NCBI GenBank assembly: GCA_017499595.2
Contig: CM039004.1
Coordinates: 2,356,001 to 2,420,000 of the forward strand
Length of the DNA stretch: 64,000 bases
Source of the DNA: Psilocybe cubensis
Taxonomy: Eukaryota
Direction: 5' to 3'
The notes beneath the pieces were generated by a model. That model searched no databases and was not told the origin of the DNA. It worked only from the letters and a program-made list of their open reading frames with translations. A program made the position numbers and the translations under genes. Numbering within the stretch: position 1 is the stretch's first letter; each line of letters opens with the position of its first letter. Positions 40,068-53,300 of the stretch are shown here, one piece after another.

Positions 40068-41301
40068 CTATCGGAGGCGGTGCAGCAAGTTCGAGCATTT
40101 GATTTCAAGCAATGTAGCACCTAACAGGGATTCGGGCGGTATAATATTATCCGCGTTGCCGACAGCAAACGTTTTCCGCTCCTGAGTCATAAAAAACTTG
40201 ACGCCTTTTCTGGCTGCTAGTTCGGAGTCAACAGAGACACATAGGCGCTCTTTTCGTGAAGGGAAGTGCATGGCTGAGAAACATATAAGCGAGTGCCAAG
40301 TTGAAACATTGTTTTATAAGCTCACTTTCGAACAGAACATTTTCTAGTGTGCGATACAGCCGTATGCGATCTAATTCGGTCTCAGATAATAATATTCCCT
40401 GTTTCCCTGCAAATGAACAATAAGTAAAATGGAAGAAAAGGGGCCAAAGGGTACTGACGAATCAATTCAGAGTCGTTGGGGTCGCAGATGCAATATACTG
40501 TTTTCAATTTTACCATATTCAGAATCCGATGGTGGGAGCTGTCTACACCCTTCAATTATGAAGACCTATGAGTATCATGCAGGGCCAAGAAGTCTTCGAT
40601 AACTTACAGGGATCGTATGTGCCCGCTTTGCCCTTACCCACCATACATCCTGAAGTTTTCCATCAATCAATTCAGGCAAATGTGCCAAATCGAACTCTTT
40701 CGCTGGATCTTTCAAGACATGATCTGCAAACAGTTCAAAGGTGTAATCTTTGAAGAACTCGTGGCGCATCTGATATTATAAATAGGTTAATTGGCTGTCG
40801 AAAATGAGAGATTCAAAGAACACTGACAATATCGGAAACGCGAACAAAACCGTCCGGAAGGATTTTAAGGCCTTTCTTTTTGGCAGTATGGCGTAATATT
40901 TCTCTGCAAACTGTGACAAACGCATTGACTCCTTTGGCCTCCTCTTTGTCTTTAAGCTTTTGTGGGTTGTATATGAGCGGAGTGTTGGATCTGAACTTTC
41001 TGGGTTTATCGGTGACAAATTGCTCCTGAAGCAGTGTCTCCTCTGCCTCCTTCAGAGACTTGTTGACATTGACTGACGATGCCAAGATGTGTTCGTTAGG
41101 CGGTAGAAGGATAATTGGTTTGTTGACCCTCTCAGATGAGTTTGGGTCGAACTTGAGTAAAGAGTTTGATTGGCTTTTTGTTTTGGTCCAAGTTTTTGGT
41201 TTGCTGCCAACCTTCCGAACGCCAATACACGCGAGAAGAACCTTCGGGACTGTACGTCGTGTATGTGCATGTTGTCCGCCTCTGAGCAGTCCTGTCAGCA
41301 T
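40068..41301 (-). CDS. Divergent Tpt1/KptA (tRNA 2'-phosphotransferase)-like protein with a basic N-terminal extension
   Basis: EILRHTAKKKGLKILPDGFVRVSDI, WVRAKRAHTIPG and VSVDSELAARKGVKFF...GNADNIIPP follow the Tpt1 motif order across 5 exons. Confidence 0.72.
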
Positions 41302-41624
41302 TGTCCCAGAAATATTAGTGATTACAAAAAGCGGGAGGCGGAAATTATGATATCGGAATAGAATCGAGAGTTTGGGGAACCGACATACGGACAACGTCAA
41401 CTAGTGGAGGGAAGAGTGAAGGCAGAGTAAAGGTACCGCAAAATTTGGCCCCAAATGTCATCACGTGAGTCGCCGTGAACGGTGAATACAGCGATTAGCT
41501 CAACATTAACTACGTTGTTCTACTATGGCTGGTGTTTGAGAATATAAATTACTTAAGGCAGTAAATGCGTATAAGAAGTGTTATATATTACTTTAATCGA
41601 ATCACTGGGAAATATTTTCAAATT

Positions 41625-44397
41625 TCAACCAGCGCGCGCTTTCTTGGTTCTTCGCCCACCGTCACTTTCAACTTTTTGAGGACTTACGCCTGGAGTTGAC
41701 TGTCGCGTGTTATAACCGGAGTTTGTCGCGCTTGTGGGAACAGATTTTGGAATCCCCAACTTTTTCTGCAATTGCTGAAGCCATTTACCACCATCTGCTC
41801 CCTCAAAAAGCCATACGTGACTAGCGGAAAAGAAAGTCAACAAAGATCAGGTGCAGGAATAAGTGACCAACCTCTCGCCAACCCTTTCTGGATCTCTTGA
41901 AGAAGAGAAGTCACTATCGTCAGCCGATGCCCTTTTCTTCAAGTTTCCTCGCGGTGGTTGCAACCTGGTGGTAGGAGCATTGAGGTTCGACGTCGGTATA
42001 ATCTCAGGTGGAGGTGGTAGCTCCCATCCAAGTTCCTTCGCAAGGTGTAAAACGATACTATCCGCATTCCCGAGAAGGACTATCTGAGCTATAAATCAGT
42101 ACCGAATTATCCCTACACTTTCTCAGAAGGCCTCCGAGAAGATACGAGATCCGACGTACATCTGGGTTTATGTGCCGTATAGGAGTTTTATTGATAAGGA
42201 TCTGCATTGGGTATTAGTGTGGACGATTTGAACCAAAGCGATTAATGTCCATACCTGAGGTATGGAATGAGGGAGGTGGGCTGCACTACATTAATCTTGG
42301 ATCATAGCGGAGCGGGCGCAGAATACATACAAAGTATTTCTGCCACAGGTGACACCTTCAAGGAAGTACCGATTACAAGGAGTAAATCGACTCTAAAACG
42401 ATCTTCCGCCAACGAATGGTCGAAATCATCGGTTAATTTTTCGCCGAAAAATGTAATGTCTGGCTGAGCGTATCAATGCAAGGTCAGTTCCTTCAAAAAT
42501 AGTGGGGATAAGGTAGATAGCGAATCACTTTCATAATACCAGGAGGATATTCGGGCGCGTCGCTTTCGTCTTCAACATCACTATCCCACTGGCCTTTGGC
42601 TTTCTTCTTGCTTGTTTTGCCCTTCTTTTTTATCGGAACTGACGGCACAGTATTGCATAATTTACAAAGTGGCACCTTGTGACTGAGGATTTCGGCTTCT
42701 ATTTCTACACCTGGGACTCGTTGGCGGCATTGAAGACAACTGGCAGTTGCAAACGATCCATGGCACTGTAGTACTTTCTTGACGCCCGCTAAAGTCTCTA
42801 AAGTGTCTATGTTTTGAGTATAATTCTGTAGCATAAAATGAGTGGAAAAAGGATAATAGCAAAATGAATTCTAATAAGCACCCTGAGTAGCTTTGAAAGA
42901 GTCCATTTAGAAAATTTCTCAGCATGAAGGCTAAACCAGATACCTTTCCTCGGTCTTCCACCGCTTTGATAAAACGATGGCAGGGAGAAGGGACAAAGTT
43001 TGAAGGATAGATCTGGCTGTTGTTGAAGATCGATTACCACAATTCATCGCCAATGCGTAGGTTTTACCTTGCAAAAGAGCTGGAAATAGTTAGATAGTAA
43101 TATGCATCGAATAAGATTTCACTACTTACTAGAAGACTGCGGATGTCAGAGTTAGTGATTGTTGAGCGCCCTTTCCTACTGATATACACCATTACAAAGA
43201 TACATACCAGATGGATTTTCTTTAAAGTAATGTATATCAAACCTGAGCCAGATCAGCTACTCCACAACCGATTCAACATTTAACACGTACATTTGCTGTG
43301 GGTCATCTAATTCGTACTCTCCTTTACCCTTTAATGACGCGTAGAGCCCGTCCCGAGAGCGGAAGTCAGGTATGCCGCATGATACACCTGAAGGATCGTC
43401 TGGAAAATGGATATGGAACACTTCAAAATGACACGCACTAATACCGGCACCTGTGAGAATGAGGATACGTTGTGATTTGCGGATGAGATCAACAGTATCG
43501 GCAATGGTATTATACTGAGGTAATTTGTCCCGATTCCGGAGTCTGTCAAAGTGTTATGGAGGTGCAACCATATTTTATTTAAGAAGGTGGCACACTGATG
43601 GGATAAGGCGACCCGTAGAAAGTATAGCATTGTTTTTGGTCGCCTGTCTTGTAATTCTGGACACTGCAAAGTGAGAACGCTTCAGGAGGTTCAAAACATC
43701 AGTAAGATATTTGTATCGTACCAATTCGATATTAAATGCCTCCAGAAGTTTGATTATTGGAATGTTACGCTGATTAACATATTCTTCGATAAAGGCTGAA
43801 GAGCCTGATGTATATCTTGGTAAATGCCTAAGAATAGACACATCGTAGACACCTACCGCTTTCTTTAAGGAGGTGCATCATCTGTTTTATTTCTTCTTTA
43901 CTCCATGTATTCTGTTCTGCGAGACGAGGTGTGCAGCTCAGTGGCTTTAGATATATAATCGTGAAGACAGATTATAATAACCTGCATTTTGTGCGCCCTC
44001 TGACTTGGGAGGAAAGAGTGTAGATATTTCTTGACCGTCCTCGTCATGCGAGTCGACATCCTCTTCAATGTGTAGGTCTGATGGAGGATCAGCTTCTTCT
44101 TCTTCATGTTCTTCGATGCTGATTAAGACAGAAAGTATATCCTCGATGGTTTCTGCGTCGACATCAACATCTTCCGAAGCTTCTAAAAAGGCCTGAACTT
44201 GTTGAGTCAAAATTTCATTTTGGAAGGAGGAAGTAGATTGCGCAGAAGCAGCAAGGGGGTCTCGGTGATCAGATTGATGGACGACACTTTCCGAGTCCAG
44301 AGTAACTGACACATGGCCAGCATCTACAAGCCGGGGGAGGGTGAGGCGAGTGAGCGATGAGGTTTGCCGCAAATAATAGTAGATAGCACAAACTCAT
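41625..44397 (-). CDS. SIR2: NAD+-dependent deacetylase, Sir2/Hst1-class sirtuin
   Basis: [33 protein letters not shown], CxxC...Cxx[19 protein letters not shown] and LLGNAD motifs, over many exons. Confidence 0.95.
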
Positions 44398-45069
44398 GTC
44401 GATTGGAATAAGTGCGCCAATGAGACTATAGCGTTTTCCTGTGAGATATATACACGGTGAAATTGACCTGCGATAATCAGAAAAGATTGACTAGTAAGGA
44501 TCTAAGGACAGCGGAATTGAGTAGTGTATGAAATGATATCCGTAAAGGGGTAAAATCAAACACCGACAACCTTTCCACTCTTTCTCACGCCCCGGGCCGT
44601 TACTCAAAACGTTGTGGTCTTTTTTTGGACGTTGTTGGCCTTAACCGTAGTTTTACAAGTTGAATGCTTTGAATTGTCTCCTGATCAAAGCCTCTCTGCG
44701 TGGTAAGTAAGCGTAACTGCATCGTCTACAACATAGACCTTGATGCTGCAAGCTCAGTTCCTGGTTTCCGTTCAATGGATATAAATCAGTACCTATCCAG
44801 ATTCCTTCCGCCCAGTCCGTCTTCGTCTCTGCGCCCATATCAGTTGCCGTGTCCTCTTTTCGCAGTAGCCCAGATAGACCATAGGTCCGTCCGCTCTTCC
44901 TATTCGTGAGGCATCTAAAATGAGGCTAACAATCGCCGATCTTCAGGCCACCAAGTGCGGGATACAAGGGGCTGGAAGGACTTTCTATAATAACAACCGC
45001 TTCATAAGGACCTTAATGGATTCCTTTACACCCATATCCCACACCTGTACAGGTCTTCCGAAGCATAAA

Positions 45070-45976
45070 ATGTCTTCTTTCGATTCTTATAACGCGAAGA
45101 CCACTAGCATCAGCGTAGGCTCATTTTTCTCAAATTTATTTTGTGAACCCCTACTGACCATCCGCGTCCAACTCTGTAGTATCCATGGCCAGCAGAGGTC
45201 AATGGCATCGAGCGAATCGCTCTTTCCGCACAGGGCGACCTACAACGTGTCTTGAGGTAAAGGGCGCCTGCGCATACGTCTCTGCTGTTACGTATTGATG
45301 GTCTGTTGATGACAGTGCATTTTTTGCTCGACCCATCGTGATAGCTCTTGTGTACTCGGAAACCACTCGTCAGAAGAGTTTGCAGTCGCCTATGGAGCCA
45401 GTACAAACACCTACTGAGGCTATCATCCAGTCTGCTTCTCCAGAGTCGCCTATCACGCAGACCCGACAAGTTCACCTTCAGTGCGCAGGGAAGATCGTTT
45501 GCACTGCGACATCGACTGTCCGGATCACATCTCCCGACTGTGCCCGGCTTTTCCTCCAGGAGAAGTATGCCATTGGCCAAATGTTCAGGCGCCTCGAGAA
45601 GGTCCCAGCATTTGAGCTGCTCTCTGTCGCACTAGGGCCTGTCAAAGGCGAAAGGCAACCTTCCTCAAGCTTCACTGTCAGCAAAGATGACTCTAAACAG
45701 CTCTGGAGAAAGTATACACTCGTGATCCCTAATTTCGAGTGCGAGATCTTGGAAGTTTTCCCCTCTCGCGAAATGTTTTTGAGAGGCGAAAATTGGCTTA
45801 CAGGCACCCGAGCTGATTCTATTCCTGAACTCGGAGGCATCGTTGCTACCAAGGTGGATGGAAATAGTCCTATGGTGTTCAAACAGAGCCTTAGCTTGGT
45901 TCTTGCTGCCGGGTTTCTTATTATGCTTATCTTCGAAGTCTCTATCTATGCTGGTGGCCGATCTAGGTTTTGCTAG
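45070..45976 (+). CDS. Chorismate-lyase-like (UbiC/DUF98 fold) protein with a C-terminal transmembrane helix
   Basis: Spliced ERIALSAQGDLQRVLSAFF...RQVHLQC...ATSTV...AIGQMF...WRKYTL...EILEVFP, then hydrophobic LSLVLAAGFLIMLIF. Start may be 45017. Confidence 0.6.
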
Positions 45977-47325
45977 ATATTGCCGATGCCCCACCATTCC
46001 TTAAACTATACCACTCTTTATTCGGTTATTTTCTTGGACAATCACACTCTTTACCTATTTTTAGTAGCTATTATCTTTCCACTGTCATTTCTGTATATTT
46101 TGCGTTGTCGCTATTCACTTGCTTTCTTGTAGACATCAATGCATATCATAGAGCTCCCACTCCCACTATAACATATTCATCCTCTTCCCACCCCCTCAGT
46201 ACTGCAGAATGTATTTATATAAATACGTTTTGTTTACATCCTCTCTATGGATACCACTGTCCAGCAATACGTAATTTGCTTGTACTACCGGAACTTTGAT
46301 TCTTATGCGAGGCCATCCACAATGTGCGATGGCAAAACTTCCATCAATAAATGTTAACTCTGTGACCATCTGATTTCTAGAAGACTAATAGCAGGCCGAG
46401 ATAGCTAACGCGGCCTGACCAGACTCGTCGAAGTTATCACGACACCCCACCAACTTGAGCATCAATCATCTCTGCGAACCCTATCCCTAGTGCAAGAAAA
46501 ATATTGGATTGTAACTGTAAGTATAGAATTGACGAGTCAGATCCTTGGGGCACAGTGTAAACTTCCTGTCCAATGAAAGACGAGGAACGGCGTGCCTTGG
46601 ATGGCGTTTCAACAGGCTATCCGAATCTGCCAGTGTGTCATACATATATTATGCGGGGCAGTCGTACACTGACGGGGGTCGAAACATCCAGATATCAACG
46701 GTAATTTTTTACGGCAGTATTACAACGAGCGCTTACAACCCTTATAGACGGGATCGTATTCTTGGCGCCCAAAACATCGGTGGTCCATATGTTTCTTTCC
46801 CACGATATGTATACCTAATTTGGTTTATGTGTTTAACATACTCATTTCTTGGTTATTTGATTTTTTCAAGAGAAAAAATATATCTAATATGCGCAAGTAC
46901 TATTTACAGGGTGGATACGAATCGTAATCGCTAATCGCTACATGACGAGAGTAAGGAATACATGCTGTAACGGGAGATACAAATCGAATACCTAGATACG
47001 TACATACAAATCTAATGTCAAGGATAGATAAAAAAAATAGAGAAGAAAAAACATTAATGAACCGGAACAGAATTTAGTCCAATTTGAACTGCAGACTGTG
47101 TCCATGATGATGGATATTAAGAAACATGGCCCAGTATTGCTAGGCATAGTGATAAAATGTAGTGTATATGATAGATGTCGACAGGTGAGGGGAAGTGAAG
47201 AAAAATAGAAAAAAAGCATTGACAGACAGAAATCAGCTGGACGATGTATTGGAAATCCAGAAGAGAAAAGGCTGTAGATCGTTGGTAACGAAAAAGAGGC
47301 AATATGGAGATCAAGCTGGGAAGGC

Positions 47326-49471
47326 TCAGACTCGTCTTTGACGAACTATCAGACCACCGTCCCACGAGCCTACAGTCCAACCGTCTTCGACTAGAGCTTT
47401 GCGTACAGCAGGCTTTAAAACACTGATTTGATTGTGAGAATGAGATCCACGGCCAGTAATAATCTTCAACGGTTTTGCTTTCAAACAGACGATATAGGCA
47501 GGCAACAGCATCCAGAAGAAAATGACATTGATAAAGTAGAAAATGTTAAGTGCCCGAATATCATACGAAAGGGAAAGGCACTACCTTGGGAGATGGTAGA
47601 ACCTTCATTCTTAAGTATCTCCTTAACAATGGCAATCGCCTCAGCAACGGTTGTTCCGTGCAAATCGACTGTGTCTTTGTTTTGGGAATTGTTCCTGACA
47701 GAAGCTGGTCAGAATCAAATCAAGACGACACAGTATTGCGGACCTTTTTTCTGAAACCATCTCTCGAGCAGCATTCAAAGCTTCAGTTTTAGCAAGCTCC
47801 TGGAACTCTCTCGCCTACAATTATGAGATAAGAAACGAGGCATAAGAAATAGATTGGATGAAGAGTACCCTTTCAGCGAAGTAAAACGCAATTTCTCCTC
47901 CTCGAGATTTCGAATTCCCTCTTTGCCACATTCTTGCGGCTTCTCGTAAAGCATCATTCCTCTTTCGCATTGCTTCGTTCATCCTGAGTCTAAAATCGGG
48001 GTTGCTCGAGGCGGCTATACTGTTTGACCGTGAAGTTCGAGTTGTCTTTTTGCCATTAACATCGCGAGCATATGCCGGGATATGATGTGCCAGAGAATGC
48101 GGAGCACGATCAACAGTTTTACGTTTAGGAACAGCCTGCCACTGGAAAGGACTGGGTTTACTAAGCGAAGTAGATGGAGGTGCTGCTTTTTGTTTGACTC
48201 TTGATACAGGAGGAGGTTCGACCGGCGGAGGTCCAGACGGAAGTTGCACAGTCCTAGCGGGAAGCTTGCGGTTGGATTTGTCGTCAGTCCAAGTCTCCGC
48301 TGGTTGAAGATGATACAATCCCATATCACAATCGGAGTCTAAATCGCGCAGAAGGTTGACCAGATCCAGGGATTCGTCGCCTTTTCCCCGAGTAACTGCA
48401 ACAGCTAATTCAACGTCTGATATCAGTCGCGTGCGCTGTGCAACATCGCAGTCTTCGTATTCTGGCAAAATAATGTCAAGAAGATTATACAAAACTGTTG
48501 TGTGATGGTCCAGGCCTGCTGGAAAGTCTTTGCACAAGGAAGTCAGAGCTGCTCTTAATGCTTCATATGACGTGCCGTAATTCGGAGAGTGAAAGAAGGA
48601 TAAAAAGAAAGATGGAGGATGTGGGGGTAATAATGTAGCGATATGATCTGAGAAAGAAGACATCTGGGTCCAGATATCAGCAGCAGGACCAACTGGGGGG
48701 TGTTTTCTGGGCAGCTTATTATTTGTTACAAGCAACTGGGTGTTGATATGGTGCTGCTGACGAATGTCGGCCAATGCAATTTTCTTCGAACGAGTTTGTG
48801 CTTTCTTTCGCTCTGACTTTGGTAGTGGTTTCTTCACCTCGACCACTTCCCAGTTTGTATCATCAATGGCGTCGCATGACCCGTCTTCAGACCCGTCCCA
48901 GCCCCTTTCTTCCATTTCTCGGATAGATTCCTCGGTAAGAATGGCGGCGACGATGTCCCACATATCCACCTCCATCTTTTCAGCATCTTCTAAAGCTCTA
49001 GTCAATCTCGCCGTCGGCACATCCGGTAGTGCAGCCTGCAAGAATCTTAAGGGTGACCCGAAGGATTGTGTAGATGATATCGAAGTCCCAGAACTCCCTG
49101 TTGACTGAGATCCAGCGGTTTCAGGACTATTGTCGGGGGTGGTCCAACTTGATATTGTCTCCTCAAATTGCGAGACGAGTTGTACGTCGGAAAATTCTGA
49201 CTCTTGAGCTTCCTCTGCATGTAAAGAGAGTTCGCTGAGAGTGGTACGCAAGAAATCAATTTGATCCTGCGTCGGATCGACCGCATTCCCATCGCTGTCA
49301 AATTCAATTTCAGCGAGTAGTGCCGCTATTAAAGAGGAATCAAGGGTAGGACAGAATTCTGTCTAGTAGGTAGTCTGTCAGAGCAATTAGTGCATTGATA
49401 TTGATCAGACGTACCTGCAGAGACTCGAACAAGGATTTTGTTGATGAATAAGTGGTCATCGGCATGGCCAT
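47326..49471 (-). CDS. Smr-domain protein (DUF1771+Smr, Cue2/N4BP2-like)
   Basis: GGEIAFYFAERA, TVDLHGTTVAEA and LKIITGRGSHS...VLKPAV motifs, CUE-like N-terminus (FCPTLDSSLIAALLAE). Confidence 0.87.
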
Positions 49472-49756
49472 ATCCTGATTAAAGATTTAGTTCGTGAGAT
49501 AAAACAACCTTTCGTTGAAGATATCTATGAGATGAAGTGGTAGAGAAACATATAAGATGCCGATGATGACTCTGAATGAGTTTGGTATGCTTCAAAATAA
49601 TAATCGCCCTGATATGACCTATGGGCCATTGTGCCAAGCCCACGTTTACAGAGAATCACGTGCCCGTTTAACGGCTGATGCAGTGGAACCTTCCATTGTG
49701 TCCAAGGTAACTTTGCTTTGTATTTCTTACTATAAGACCCACCCACAAACGATAAC

Positions 49757-50318
49757 ATGTTGTTCTACATCTCCCTGGTGGCCTTTCTGTCCTTGCTGGT
49801 CATGCGTAAGTCCATATGCCCATCCTCAAACGCCTGCAAGGCTAATTACGCATGATAGTGACATATCGTTACCGCACTTACTTAACCCCATATCTTCCTG
49901 ACCGTGTCAGGTCCATGTTCCCCAAACTCAGCAATTATACACCTCTGTCAACCTTCTCTGAACAGGTTGGACTAGGAATGACGTCTTCCGACTTCGATAT
50001 TGAGGCCAATATTCGAGATGGCGATAGTCGCATGGGTTTGGATGAGCGGGGTACACAGGAAGTGCTGGAAATCATGAGGCGGGAGCGTGTTAAGTAAATG
50101 CATAATGGCCAAAGTCTACACTCATCCCACAACTCACTCCAACTTCTATTAACAGCTTCGACCAAGCTAGACTTATTCGACATAATCGTATATTGGCGAG
50201 TAATGGCATCGACCCTTCAGGTTGGTAGTTCTATTGCATTGCCCAGAACTGTCCTGATCTCATAATCACAATTATAATAGGAATGCCAATGGACTCTAAA
50301 GCTATTACCCGGCTTTAG
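49757..50318 (+). CDS. DUF2015/UPF0357 (YCL012C-like) small membrane protein
   Basis: N-terminal TM, then GMTSSDFDIEANIRDGDSRMGLD...FDQARL...NGIDPSGMPMDSKA over 4 exons. Confidence 0.85.
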
Positions 50319-53300
50319 ATTCACACTTTACGGCAGGCCTATCGCGTATTTGCCGTTTGTTCTTTTGCTTTCCGGTCCAAGCAGCCAATGCATGACCCTC
50401 CGAGTCCTGGACAATCGTCGATATACCTTGAAGTGCTCCTTTTGATATGCCCTCTCACCACAGTCTACAACTTACTTGATTGCACTTTCATTTACCCGTG
50501 TATTTCTGATTCTATCTCGAAAGCTGCATTCCAGGATGCTGTTTTTGTTGTAATTTTATCTTGTCTTTTACTGGAAATACTAATGTCATCTCTGTTTCCC
50601 GTCCAGTTGCATAGAACGGTAAGTATAACCCAATGTTTAATTTCCTATTCCTAGCAAATTTCATCTAGGTTTAAATATCGGTTGTATAATCTGCATTGCA
50701 TACCGATTGATTTCCCGACGCTCACATATGCATTGGTGTTGTTGAAACAAATTCTCAGATAACGTCTATCCATCGTTTTTTACTCCATCATGCGACGAAC
50801 ACTGCACAGGATATTGTGGCAAGCTGTGGCTTTGATGACTCTGAGCGCTGGTATATAAGCGCTGCACTTGGCTTCACGGAAATCTCGAACGCGGAATGTA
50901 AAGATGCCCCAAGCAACATTCTGTTCTAGTTACTCTTTGGCAAAGAGAAAAGCAACACGTCTACTCATTGGAATACAACTACTGATTCGTAGTGATTGTA
51001 AGTAATACTGTTGGAAAATCAGCATGGTGTGCTTGTTACAGCTTTCTCACATTTCTAAAGTCAGTCACCCGTCTTGCCCGTTCATGTGAAATATGTTTTT
51101 TACTTAGCCTTGCCTTATCAACACACCGATAGGCTCGTGAGTACTACTTGCATCTTTGGGCTTTGTGGGTTCCTGATGCTGTCCTCGGATTTTATCGGTC
51201 ACACCTTTGATACCTGTCTATTGTGTGAGTCATTGGCTACTCTGATACTTCTCGATTCGCTACGCTGAGATGGATGGTCACCCCTTTCTTCAGTAACTGC
51301 ATACTTTAATGCTTGTGCATCTATCTGAATGAATATTGTGAGTGCCCTTGTAATACGCATAATGCGACGCAGACTGTTTCTATTAAATTATCCTGAACAT
51401 GAGCAGTAATCGACCCCCCAAGATTAACAACAGCAAGAGAAAATATCCTACTTGAAACAATTATTGGCTCCTTTCAGTTGCTTGAGGCATCCTATGCATT
51501 TTACAAATCTTATTGGCTCCAGATATTTATGTTTTGGATCCGCACCCCCCTGCAGAGATCAGAAAATAGGCAAGCAATATGTGAGAATTATTCCTTTTAT
51601 TTTTCACTTTACAATATTTCGCAGCGATTCTGACTGATCTCAAATAATAATAAAATCTTTCTCTCTCAGACCTCTCACGTCACTCTCGGGCGTATGAACC
51701 GATAGTCTTAAAGCACTTTGGGTGCCTAATCATGCCTATTTGCATCATCACAATGGCGTTTGTTGGCCCAACAAGCGCGGCGCCGTGATGACATATCAAT
51801 TCGGCGACTTTCCGTGCTGTAATTATCTATTAGTATCAATGATGAAGGCGCCTAGCCATCTCCCTTGAATCATACGTCCCAGGGGTCTAATAGGTGACTT
51901 CCCAACTTTATTATCCATTTGCGGCTATTTTTCCCCCCGAGTTCCCTGATTTGCTTATAACGTTTTATAACGTTAAAATCTCAATAGATCGATCCACAAG
52001 CTGCGACACCGTTGCGTATGGTCCATATGATCACCGACAAGCGAGGACATCATCCAAACGCCCATGACCACCTTAACCTGAATCGCACGTTTTCTGAGCA
52101 ATGTGGGTCATTGCTGTTGCTATCCACCGGATGTGACTCTGTTTTTGCTTGATTGTTTCAGCCTTTCGCTTCCTCGCCAACCCCCCGACGGTAGGTTGGC
52201 ACGGCTAGACACGATCACCGCAATTCATTGCGAGTTCTGGTCGCAATTATCTGTCTGTTAGTTCACCTTTCGATGGCAGAGCTATTCTTAATCTTTTATC
52301 GTCGCAAATCACACGCCGTCGTGCAGGATAGTGGAATACTCCATCATCTCAATTTATCGTTTTCCCTTGTGTTGGGGGCTGGGCAGTGGCCACTTCCAGG
52401 TGCGTTTACAAGGATGACTTACTCGAGTCCGGCCGTCGTGATACGAAATGATGATCTCATGGCCGTTTTTTGGTATTGATAAGACTAGACGACCAATAAT
52501 GGCAAAATCCTTGCGACGTTCCAATTAAATTGTGAGTCACCTTGCCTTGTTATTTTCATGGGTTGACTTTCTTTCACAGTCAGTTTTTTCTTTTCGTTGA
52601 ACAACTCACTTTGTAGCTCGCTCTGTCGCTGCACCGCTTCCCCATTGGCTAAGGTTCAATTTTACTGGCAAGTGGAAAACAATTGTACCATCGGGACTGC
52701 GGACCGTGTCAAAAATGTCTAGGAAGACACATGTATCTGATGGTGTTTTCCGCTTGAACGATCATTGCGTTCGACGGCCGAAATGACATGGGCACTCCGG
52801 TATGGCGTAGTTCCAACTTGATCAAAAATATTCTGTGCAGTCCAAAAATAACCCTTTGCAGCACAGTGATATCTGGGTCCCAGTCAATTTGCATACACAA
52901 CTCGATATGACCAGTTACCAGGAGGCAGTTCCTGTGAAAGCAGGTCGGCGGAGAGCATTAGTCTACAAATCCGGCAGTGCGCCATTTGTCTTACCACGAA
53001 ATCGGCGCTAACGAACTATGGTTGTAGATGGCAAATTCCTGGAATGAACCCGACGTGATGTCTATCTCGAGGCGATTGTATTCATTTTCCCAACATTTAC
53101 CTACGTACAAGTCGTTGAAACGACTGACACATCCGGAGTTCTTACCCAACAAGTTCGCAACAACTATATGTGTCACATTGCTCACGAATTCGCCCTACAA
53201 TGCCCGAAGCCTTAGACCTCTGCTAATAAGGTAGTTTACTAGTTATACTCTTGATCCAACTTGTGGAAACCGGTGTAATCTCAAGAACACTGTTATCGGA

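Noticed and set aside
49560-49612. Possible C/D-box snoRNA (TGATGA...CTGA)
   Set aside because: Too short, no recognisable guide or terminal stem, and lies in a bidirectional promoter.
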